In this document: positions 49,186-57,659 of the stretch, in pieces
Layout: every line of letters begins with the position of its first letter
Numbering within the stretch: the stretch's first letter is position 1
Origin: a bacterium
GTDB taxonomy: Bacteria; UBA8248
Assembly: GCA_963692865.2 (NCBI GenBank)
Contig: OY843592.1
Location: 3,136,001-3,200,000, forward strand
DNA length: 64,000 nucleotides
Direction: 5' to 3'
Notes under the pieces: generated by a model
Seen by the model: the letters and a program-made list of their open reading frames with translations, nothing else
What the model was told of the DNA's origin: nothing
Database searches by the model: none
Made by a program: the position numbers and the translations under genes

Positions 49186-50013
49186 ATGTCGAAAAAAGCG
49201 GGTTTCCTTACCATATTGTTCGTTGGCGTCATCATCTTCTCTGGTGTTTTCCTGCTCCCATCCGCGAATAGCCAGAAAGAGAAAAAATCCGCTGTCGCGC
49301 TCGCCTCCAAAGAAGCGAAGCCGAAAGCGGTGCCCGTTCCCACCCTCGTGGCGCAAAACCTCGACAAGAAGCAAATCGAGAAAATCATCAGAGAATACCT
49401 CATCAACAATCCCGAAGTGCTTGAAGAAGCCATACGAGCCCTGCAGGCAAAGCGGGAAGCAAGGCGCGCAATGGCGGCCCGGGCTTCTATCCAGAAAAAC
49501 AGGAAACAAATTTATGCGGACCCCGAAGACCCCGTGGGGGGCAACCCCAACGGGGACGTGACGATTGTGGAGTTTTTCGATTACCGATGCGGGTATTGCA
49601 AGCGGGTGGCACCCGTCGTGGAGAAAGCGCTCGCAAAAGACAAGAAAATCCGCCTCGTCTACAAGGAATTCCCTGTCCTGGGCCCCAATTCCGTATTGGC
49701 GGCCCGGGCGGCGCTCGCCTCACGCGCGCAGGGCAAATATCTGGCGTTTCACAAGGCTCTCATGAAGGCCAAAATCTCTTATGATGAAGCGAGCATCATG
49801 AAAATCGCAGCCTCGTTGGGTATCGACACGGCGCGCCTGAAAAAAGACATGCGAGCGCCCGGCATCCGAGCCCAACTAGCCAAGAACCACGCTCTGGCGC
49901 GCTCGCTGGGCATACGCGGCACGCCCGCCTTCATCGTCGGAAAACAAATTTTCCCGGGTGCGCTTACCTCGGCCCAACTCGCAGGCATGATTCAACAGGC
50001 GAGAAAAAAATAA
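49186..50013 (+). CDS. DsbA family protein
   Basis: EFFDYRCGYCK, GIRGTPAF; N-terminal signal/TM. Confidence 0.92.
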   Translation: MSKKAGFLTILFVGVIIFSGVFLLPSANSQKEKKSAVALASKEAKPKAVPVPTLVAQNLDKKQIEKIIREYLINNPEVLEEAIRALQAKREARRAMAARASIQKNRKQIYADPEDPVGGNPNGDVTIVEFFDYRCGYCKRVAPVVEKALAKDKKIRLVYKEFPVLGPNSVLAARAALASRAQGKYLAFHKALMKAKISYDEASIMKIAASLGIDTARLKKDMRAPGIRAQLAKNHALARSLGIRGTPAFIVGKQIFPGALTSAQLAGMIQQARKK

Positions 50014-50022
50014 ACCGATAGG

Positions 50023-50049
50023 AAAACCCCGGAGATTATTCTCCGGGGC
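50023..50049. terminator. Hairpin between convergent genes
   Basis: CCCCGGAGA-TTAT-TCTCCGGGG preceded by an A run. Confidence 0.6.
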
Positions 50050-50068
50050 ATTCCTATCGCCAGCTAAC

Positions 50069-50521
50069 CTAGTCTACCGTCACCGAGCCCATCAACATTC
50101 TGCGGTAATCCCACCATTTCCACTTCTTGGGCACCATGGTGATGCGCACACGTATTTTCTGCGCGATGGGCGTGTTGACGTAATTCGCCCACATCTCCGG
50201 CCCGAAGAAATGATCCACCACGCTTTTGAGCCCCTCGTGGTCCGTTCCCATGACTTCTGAAACCTGCGCCTCCCCTTCCACGACAACGGCGCGGAAAGGA
50301 GCTTCATCGTCGTCGATGCAAATGGAAAATGCCGGGTTCCGCTTCAAATTCCTCACGGAAACGGAATCCTCGCCCGTGCTGATGAAAAAGCTCGCATCCT
50401 CGGGATTGAACAGATACAAAAGCGGCACGACGTGCGGCGAACCATCCGCATTCGTTGTGGCGATCCTCGCCATGTGGGGTTCCTGCAAAAATTCATCCAT
50501 TTCGGTCGGGCGCTCGGCCAT
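50069..50521 (-). CDS. Pyridoxamine 5'-phosphate oxidase-like protein
   Basis: IATTNADGSPHVVP, RNLKRNP, VVVEGEA. Confidence 0.85.
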   Translation of the reverse strand: MAERPTEMDEFLQEPHMARIATTNADGSPHVVPLLYLFNPEDASFFISTGEDSVSVRNLKRNPAFSICIDDDEAPFRAVVVEGEAQVSEVMGTDHEGLKSVVDHFFGPEMWANYVNTPIAQKIRVRITMVPKKWKWWDYRRMLMGSVTVD

Positions 50522-50601
50522 TTTCCATCTCCTTTCGAAAAATCATGACGTCATGAATCATTCCCGTAATATCGCTCCAAAAATGATACAGTAGTCCTCC
50601 A

Positions 50602-53211
50602 TCACTTCACAATCAGATTAACCAGGCGGCCCGGAACGACAATGTGCTTCACGATCTCTTTATCCCCCAAGTAACCTGCCGTTACGGCTTCCGCCTTTTG
50701 CTTCAATTCCTCCTCGGGCGCATCCGGCAGCGCCATGAACGTGCGTCTCGTCTTGCCGTTCACCTGGACGGCGAACTCCTTCTCCTCGGCTGCAATGGCT
50801 CCCTCGTCGACCTCCGGCCATGCCTCCCGGAACAGACTTCCTTCTCCCTTGCCTCCTCCGAGGGCCTGCCATAGCTCCTCCGCCACGTGGGGGGCCATGG
50901 GCGCCATGCAACAAAGGAGAATCCCGGCCGCCTCACGCTGCACCGCATTCTCGGCTTCGGCTTCCGCGCGAAGCGACGTAGCCAGTTCCATGATGCGCGC
51001 CACCGCCGTGTTAAATGAGAAGGAGTTTTCATAGACTTCCGTCACCGCCTTCAGAGTGGCGTGAACGTCACGCCTGAGTTTTCTTCCCGAGGCGGATAAT
51101 CCACTCCCATCTCCAGAATAGGCTTTTGTTTCTCGCCAGCCCTCAAGCCGCTCGCTGAACGTGCTCCAAAGTCTTTGCAGGAACCGGTGCACTCCGATAA
51201 GGCCGTCGTCCCGCCATTCCTTGGAACGCTCGGGAGGACCGATGAAGAGAGTATACAACCGACCCGCATCCGCTCCGTATTTTCCGGTGCAGTCTTCAAT
51301 CGAGACCCCGTTCATCTTGGACTTGCTCATCGAGGCCATCTCGGCGAGCACCTTATGGCCGGCCTCGTAGCCGCTGCCGCTGGGGCCGTCCGTCGTAACG
51401 ACCAGGGATTCCTCGTCCACGTCCTGATACGGCACCCAGACGCGGCCGCGCGCATCGGCCACATAGTAGGCCATCCTGCAAACCATGCCTTGCGTGAAAA
51501 GATTCTCGAACGGCTCCTCGAAAGAGACGAGGTCCAGGTCGTAGAGCACTTTTGTGAAAAACCGCGAATACAGCAGGTGCATGACGGCGTGTTCCGCACC
51601 TCCGATGTACTGCGTCACGGGCAGCCAGCGGTTTACGTTTTCCGACTGGAACACGGCACAATCGTCGCGGGGGCTGACGTACCGCAAATAATACCAGGAC
51701 GAATCCACGAAAGTGTCCATCGTGTCCGTCTCACGGCGCGCGGGCCTGCCGGTTTTCGGGCTGATGACGTTCACGAAATCTTTACTCTGGGTCAAGGGGT
51801 TCCCGCCACGGCCCGTGAACTCGACATCGCGCGGGTGCATGACGGGCAGATGATCGTCCGGCACCGGCGTGATGCTGCCGTCTTCTTCATAGATGACGGG
51901 TATCGGCACGCCCCAATATCGCTGGCGTGAAATGAGCCAGTCCCTCAGCCGCCAGTTGATGGTCTTGTCGCCGAAACCTTTTTCGGCGAAATAATCGATC
52001 ATCTTGGGATACGCTTCGCGGTTCGGCTGCCCGTCGAACGGACCGGAGTTCTCCATGACGCCGTCTTCGACGTAGGCCTCCTCCATCGTGTCGCCATCGA
52101 GCCCGCCCTCGGGATGCTGGATGACCACCTTGACGGGGATGCCGTATTTTCTCGCGAAAAGAAAATCACGCTGGTCGTGCGCGGGCACGCCCATGACGAT
52201 GCCCGTGCCGTATTCCATCAGCGCGTAATCGGCCACGAGCAGGGGTACGCGGTCTCCATTGACGGGATTGATGATAAAATGACCCGTCTCGACGCCCGTC
52301 TTCTCACTCTCCTCGCTCATGCGTTCCGCGGCGCTTTGGGCCTGCATGGCTTCCACGGCCTTGCGGATGGAATCCGCTTGGGGATTCCCCTCCAGCAACT
52401 GATCGATAAGGGGATGCTCAGGCGCGCAGACCATGAAGGTGACGCCATAGACCGTATCCGGCCTTGTAGTGAAAACCGAGAGCGTTTCGCCGGTCGTTTC
52501 GAGCCTGAAATCGATTCGCGCACCCTCGCTGCGCCCCAGCCAGTTTCTCTGTTGCTGCTTGACGTGTTCGGGCCAGCCGACGAGGCCATCGAGATCGTCG
52601 AGCAAACGCTGCGCATAGTCGGTTATCTTCAAGAACCACTGGCTGAGCCAGCGTTTTTCCACCTTGGCCCCGCTGCGCCAGGCGATGCCGTCGTGAATTT
52701 GCTCGTTCGCGAGAACCGTGCCATCCACCGGATCCCAGTTGACGAGGGCTTCGCGCTTATAAGCCAGGCCGTTCTCGAGCATCTTGAGAAAAATCCACTG
52801 CGTCCATTTGTAATAGCCCGGATGCGCGGTGGAAATCTCGCGCGGCCAGTCATAGGCGAGGCCCGCCATGCGAAGTTGGCGCCTCATGTTGTCGACGTTT
52901 TTTTGCGTCCAGGCGGCAGGGTGGACACCGGCATTGATGGCGGCGTTTTCCGCAGGCAGTCCCAAGGCGTCCCATCCCATCGGGTGTAAGACCTCGAAGC
53001 CGCGCATCTTCCGGTATCGGCTGATGGCGTCGCCCATCGTGTAGTTACACGCATGGCCCATGTGCAGATCGCCCGATGGATAGGGGAACATCATCAGGGA
53101 ATAATAGGTGGGCTTATCACCGGGGTGGTCGGAGGTTTCGAAAATCTTCTCTTCCGCCCAATGATTCTGCCACTTCGCTTCATAACTGGATGGACTGTAT
53201 TCGCCGAGCAT
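50602..53211 (-). CDS. leuS: Leucine--tRNA ligase
   Basis: MFPYPSG.LHMGH, FTTRPDT, ISRQRYWG, SMSKSK, VQVNGK. Confidence 0.97.
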   Translation of the reverse strand: MLGEYSPSSYEAKWQNHWAEEKIFETSDHPGDKPTYYSLMMFPYPSGDLHMGHACNYTMGDAISRYRKMRGFEVLHPMGWDALGLPAENAAINAGVHPAAWTQKNVDNMRRQLRMAGLAYDWPREISTAHPGYYKWTQWIFLKMLENGLAYKREALVNWDPVDGTVLANEQIHDGIAWRSGAKVEKRWLSQWFLKITDYAQRLLDDLDGLVGWPEHVKQQQRNWLGRSEGARIDFRLETTGETLSVFTTRPDTVYGVTFMVCAPEHPLIDQLLEGNPQADSIRKAVEAMQAQSAAERMSEESEKTGVETGHFIINPVNGDRVPLLVADYALMEYGTGIVMGVPAHDQRDFLFARKYGIPVKVVIQHPEGGLDGDTMEEAYVEDGVMENSGPFDGQPNREAYPKMIDYFAEKGFGDKTINWRLRDWLISRQRYWGVPIPVIYEEDGSITPVPDDHLPVMHPRDVEFTGRGGNPLTQSKDFVNVISPKTGRPARRETDTMDTFVDSSWYYLRYVSPRDDCAVFQSENVNRWLPVTQYIGGAEHAVMHLLYSRFFTKVLYDLDLVSFEEPFENLFTQGMVCRMAYYVADARGRVWVPYQDVDEESLVVTTDGPSGSGYEAGHKVLAEMASMSKSKMNGVSIEDCTGKYGADAGRLYTLFIGPPERSKEWRDDGLIGVHRFLQRLWSTFSERLEGWRETKAYSGDGSGLSASGRKLRRDVHATLKAVTEVYENSFSFNTAVARIMELATSLRAEAEAENAVQREAAGILLCCMAPMAPHVAEELWQALGGGKGEGSLFREAWPEVDEGAIAAEEKEFAVQVNGKTRRTFMALPDAPEEELKQKAEAVTAGYLGDKEIVKHIVVPGRLVNLIVK

Positions 53212-53280
53212 GAATTTCCTCAACTTTTCGGTATATGTTCCTGAAATCTCCGTATAGACGTTTTGCCTGCTTCAAAAAAT

Positions 53281-53712
53281 TTACGCTGCTTGTATGTGCG
53301 GACCCTCTGTGATGGGCGCAGCCTCTTCTCTCATTTTCTCGAGAATTTCTGGTGGAATACGCTTGGGCTTTCCGTCCGCATCGGTTCTCGCATGAAACGT
53401 ATAGCCTTCCACCAGAATACGTCCCTCCTGTTCCACGAGATAATCGATCCGCACGCGCACGCCCTCGGGCTCTCTGAGCCAGCCGGTAACCCTCACCTCG
53501 CCGTCATACCGCGCGCCTTCTTTATACCGGCAATGGCTCTCCACCACGGGGAAGAAAACGCCCTGTTCTTCGAGTTGCCCATAGGGAAATCCGATTTGGC
53601 GGAAATACTCCGTTCTAAGTTGTTCAAACCATACATAATAGACCGAGTGATGCACCACGCCCATCTGATCGGTTTCGGCATACCTTATCCGAAAATCAAT
53701 GGAAAGAGCCAA
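53281..53712 (-). CDS. Acyl-CoA thioesterase (YbgC/4HBT family)
   Basis: RYAETDQMGVVHHSVY..WFE. Confidence 0.9.
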   Translation of the reverse strand: MALSIDFRIRYAETDQMGVVHHSVYYVWFEQLRTEYFRQIGFPYGQLEEQGVFFPVVESHCRYKEGARYDGEVRVTGWLREPEGVRVRIDYLVEQEGRILVEGYTFHARTDADGKPKRIPPEILEKMREEAAPITEGPHIQAA

Positions 53713-53733
53713 GCCGGATGAACCTATGAGCAG

Positions 53734-55101
53734 TTACGTGAACAGAAACAAGCGGGCGATGTTAAAGTAAATCAAAAGTCCCAGCACATCGACTCCGGTC
53801 GTCACGAAAGGTCCCGTCGCTACGGCCGGGTCCACGCGAAACCGATGAAGCACGAGCGGCAGAACCGATGCGAGAAGAGCGGAGAACATCATCACGACGC
53901 AAATCGCAAGACCCACGACGAAGCCCAGCCACGCCACTGAGGCGAATTGGTAAGTCGCCAACAACCCCAACAACAAGCCATAGCTAATGCCAAGGAGCGT
54001 TCCGACGGCCACCTCTTTCGAGATGACGCGAAGCCATGATTTGGGATCGATGCGTCCTGTCGCCAAACCACGCACGACAATGGTCGCGCTTTGGGTGCCC
54101 ACGTTGCCCGCCATGCCGATGATCACCGGCATGAACGCGGCGAGCGCCACGATTTTGCTCAATTGGTCTGAGTATTGATGAATCAATTGAGCGGCGAGAA
54201 TGCCGCCCAGCCAACTGAAAAACAGCCAGGGCAAACGAATCCATGCGAGGCGTCTGGCGGAAAGCGACGTCACCTCATCCTGATAGGAGTGCGTACCCGC
54301 CATCTTGAGGATATCCTCGGTCGCTTCCTCTCTTATGACGTCGAGCACGTCATCCACCGTGATGATTCCGACCAGTACGTTATCATTGTCTACAACGGGG
54401 ATGGCCAGAATGTTATAGCGGGAAACGACGCGCGCGACGTGCTCCTGGTCGGCATGAACGTTTTCACTCCAGACGTTGGTGGTCATGACCTCGGACAAGA
54501 GCTTGGACGGGTCGGCCAGCAAGAGTTGGCGCAGGGTAATCACCCCCCGCAAGCAACCATTGGAATCTATGACGTACACATAGAAGATGTAGTCCACCTC
54601 GCCGGCTTTTCTCACCCGGGAGATAGCCTCATCAACTCTGAGCTCTTCATGAAGGGCCACGTAAGAATCCGTCATGATGGCGCCTGCCGTTTCCGGCAAA
54701 TACGCCATCATGTCCTGTATTGCCTCTGTTTCCGGCGCGTCGAGAAGCGCAACGATTTCCTGGGATCGTTCCTCGGGCAGGGTTTCCAGAATGTATCTTG
54801 CGTCGTCGCTGTCGAGTTCCTTGATCAAAGGAATCACGTCCTCGTTCGGCACGGGATCCAACAGTTCGCGAACGATGTGAGAGTCCGATTCCGTCAGGAT
54901 GGAGGCGCGGTGCTGCTGGTTTCGAACGAGGACGAACGCCTCCTGTCGTTCTTCGGGCAGGAAATGCTGAAAAATCTGCGCCACTTCAGCCGCGTGCATT
55001 TTCTCCAGCGCATTGGAAAGATTGGCGTCGGCCTTATGCCTCAACAACCGCCGCACCATGTCTTCTACGCGGAGAAGTCTCGGATCGTGCTCGTTCACCA
55101 T
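53734..55101 (-). CDS. mgtE: Magnesium transporter
   Basis: CBS pair, RLPWL, MAGNVGTQ, DPAVATGPFVTT..D. Confidence 0.95.
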   Translation of the reverse strand: MVNEHDPRLLRVEDMVRRLLRHKADANLSNALEKMHAAEVAQIFQHFLPEERQEAFVLVRNQQHRASILTESDSHIVRELLDPVPNEDVIPLIKELDSDDARYILETLPEERSQEIVALLDAPETEAIQDMMAYLPETAGAIMTDSYVALHEELRVDEAISRVRKAGEVDYIFYVYVIDSNGCLRGVITLRQLLLADPSKLLSEVMTTNVWSENVHADQEHVARVVSRYNILAIPVVDNDNVLVGIITVDDVLDVIREEATEDILKMAGTHSYQDEVTSLSARRLAWIRLPWLFFSWLGGILAAQLIHQYSDQLSKIVALAAFMPVIIGMAGNVGTQSATIVVRGLATGRIDPKSWLRVISKEVAVGTLLGISYGLLLGLLATYQFASVAWLGFVVGLAICVVMMFSALLASVLPLVLHRFRVDPAVATGPFVTTGVDVLGLLIYFNIARLFLFT

Positions 55102-55243
55102 GGCGGATGCCCCAATAATCAAGCATGCACAGTGTTTAGAGGGCGTGAGTCTATGGGACGCCTTGGGCAGTGTCAATCATCTTGTATTGCGTGTAAACTT
55201 GGCATATTGTGATAGCGGGTTGTTGGATGAGCCGCCGGGAATT

Positions 55244-57013
55244 ATGTCTCATGCAGCCTTCAAGATACCGTCCATTCGCTCTGGGGAGTACCACACAATC
55301 GCTAGACTCCATGGCTCGCTTACTGGGCTCAAGCCCAAGCAAATCAAAGTCTTGGAAAGGTTGTACCGACGGAAGATACCCCCTGGTCAATTCGTTCACC
55401 TGGAACTCGGGCGTGAGTTGGCCCTTTTGTCGTATGAACTCTCGTGTCAGATCGGGTTGCTCATAGATCGGCAAGGTATAGTGCGCTACGTGATCATCGG
55501 TGATGCGCGGGGAATTGAAATCCCGGAACTAGGCCGCGCTCGTGCCGGAATGGCCAGACTCAGAGGCCTTCGGTGCGTACACACGCACTTGAACGCCTCC
55601 CCGTTGTCCCAAGAAGACCTCACGGACATGGCTCTCCTACGCCTCGACGCCATGGGGGTCATCGAAGTAGTGGAAGACGGAAACGCGGGCCGATTCCACT
55701 TCGCCCACATCAAGCCCCGACCCAGCGATGAAAATACGCAAGCCAACGGCCATTCGACATTCGTAGAAAATCGTACTCCCTGGGAAACCCAGTCGTTTCC
55801 AAATCTCGAATCGAATCGGGTAAATATCGAGGCGCTCATCAACTCTCTCGAGAGTGAGTTCGCCCGCCTGCAAAAATCATCAATTGAATTCGACGAGGGA
55901 GAGCGCGCCTTGCTGGTGCATCTCGATACCGGGAAAACCTCAAATCGCACTCCCGATACCGAGTTTGAGGAGTTGTCCCTCCTCACGCGCGAAGCCGGTT
56001 TTGTCCCCTGCGGGCAAATATTACAACGTCGAAAGAAGCCGGATCCTCGTTTCGTTATCGGCAAGGGCCGCCTGGCGGATGTTCTGATGAATTCGATGCA
56101 GGTGGGAGCCGAAGCCCTGTTCTTCTCCAACGAGTTGACGCCATCCCAAATAAAGAACTTATCTGTATTCACCGATCTGAAAATCCTCGACCGGACGCAA
56201 ATCATCCTCGACATTTTCGCCCAGAGAGCCAAGAGCCGCGTGGGAAAACTTCAGGTCGAGTTGGCGTTGCTCCGATACACGCTGCCTCGCATCTCCTCCC
56301 AACATACGGCCTTGAGCAGACTTACCGGCGGCATCGGCGGCAGGGGACCAGGCGAGACTAAACTGGAGATTCACCGCCGCCGCGCATTCGAGCGCATTCG
56401 CAGGGTGGAGAAAGAACTCGGAAACTTGCAGAAAAAACGTTCTCAGGGCAGACGGCTCCGCCAGCGCCGCCAAGTGCCGGTTCTTTCCTTGGTGGGCTAC
56501 ACCAACGCGGGGAAATCCACGCTGCTGAACGCCCTAACGAATAGCGAGACCCTGGCCGAGGACCGACTTTTCGCCACCTTGGACACATCGAGCCGAAGGC
56601 TCAGACTCCCGCGCGAGCAGGAAGTCATCATTACGGATACTGTCGGTTTCATTCACGACCTCCCCCAGGAGTTGATAGGAGCCTTCCGCTCCACGTTGGA
56701 GGAATTAAGCGAAGCGGACCTTCTCCTTCACGTGATTGACGCCTCATCTCCGCATTGTGAGGAAAACCTTTTTTCCGTAGAGAAAATCCTCGATGAGATC
56801 GGACTGAAAGACACGCCTCTCATTCGGGTATTCAATAAAATGGACCGGACGGATGATATCCGTCTGGCCAATCTATGCCGTCGATTCAACGGCATCGCCG
56901 TGAGCGGCGTAGACCCTGAAAGCCTTGTGCCTCTTGTGGAGGAGGCAGACCACCGCCTATTGAGCATGGACAAGCAAGATGAGACGCAAGAATACGAACA
57001 AATCGCAAACTAA
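55244..57013 (+). CDS. hflX: GTPase HflX (long N-terminal form)
   Basis: GYTNAGKST, FATLD, DTVGF, NKMD, GRGPGETKLE; start uncertain. Confidence 0.93.
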   Translation: MSHAAFKIPSIRSGEYHTIARLHGSLTGLKPKQIKVLERLYRRKIPPGQFVHLELGRELALLSYELSCQIGLLIDRQGIVRYVIIGDARGIEIPELGRARAGMARLRGLRCVHTHLNASPLSQEDLTDMALLRLDAMGVIEVVEDGNAGRFHFAHIKPRPSDENTQANGHSTFVENRTPWETQSFPNLESNRVNIEALINSLESEFARLQKSSIEFDEGERALLVHLDTGKTSNRTPDTEFEELSLLTREAGFVPCGQILQRRKKPDPRFVIGKGRLADVLMNSMQVGAEALFFSNELTPSQIKNLSVFTDLKILDRTQIILDIFAQRAKSRVGKLQVELALLRYTLPRISSQHTALSRLTGGIGGRGPGETKLEIHRRRAFERIRRVEKELGNLQKKRSQGRRLRQRRQVPVLSLVGYTNAGKSTLLNALTNSETLAEDRLFATLDTSSRRLRLPREQEVIITDTVGFIHDLPQELIGAFRSTLEELSEADLLLHVIDASSPHCEENLFSVEKILDEIGLKDTPLIRVFNKMDRTDDIRLANLCRRFNGIAVSGVDPESLVPLVEEADHRLLSMDKQDETQEYEQIAN

Positions 57014-57644
57014 TTTCTATCCCGACAAAAAGTTCTTTTTTTTCTACGCCTTGTTGCTGAGCATTCTGGCCGGAGGTTGTGGATGGGAGAATACAAACGC
57101 CGCCTTCCGGTCCGCATACTTCAAAACCCAGCGGGCCGTTACGAACACCTTCATCTCCATCGGGAAATATCAGCGAGACCACGCATACGGACGACAAGAC
57201 ACTGGAGAAACACAAACCAAGGCCGATAAACGTCCCGAAGTCGCAAATAGCCCCACCGTCCACCCTTCTGAAACACCACGCTCGCAAGACCGGTTTCCAT
57301 CCAGAACTTCTGCGCCGGTGGAAGAAGACCTGAACTCCGGGGAGTCCCGGAAAAGCGCCAAGGCCATAACGCGAGGAGAACCCTCAAAAGAAATGCCTGT
57401 GGCGCCGCGCACAACGATGACTCTCCAAGAATTGCGACAACGCATTCGAGAAATCGAACGACAGCGAATCCATTCAAGAAATCCCGCAGAAAGACGCGGG
57501 TTGGCTGATGAACTGAGACAATTGGAGCGAATTTTGCTCACATACCAAAAAGAAGAAAACATCATCGAGGAAATGACCCAATTGCGCCGTCGGTTGAGAA
57601 AACTACAAGAAGATTTGCTCAAAATCCAAAAAACCAGCCCTTAG
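56979..57644 (+). CDS. Hypothetical lipoprotein with C-terminal coiled coil
   Basis: Hydrophobic signal ending LAGGC; heptad-rich C-terminus. Confidence 0.55.
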   Translation: MRRKNTNKSQTNFYPDKKFFFFYALLLSILAGGCGWENTNAAFRSAYFKTQRAVTNTFISIGKYQRDHAYGRQDTGETQTKADKRPEVANSPTVHPSETPRSQDRFPSRTSAPVEEDLNSGESRKSAKAITRGEPSKEMPVAPRTTMTLQELRQRIREIERQRIHSRNPAERRGLADELRQLERILLTYQKEENIIEEMTQLRRRLRKLQEDLLKIQKTSP

Positions 57645-57659
57645 AGAGCGAGTCCGTTT

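Noticed and set aside
51310-51345. LeuRS KMSKS motif reads SMSKS
   Set aside because: The first position of the motif is variable and the catalytic second Lys is retained.
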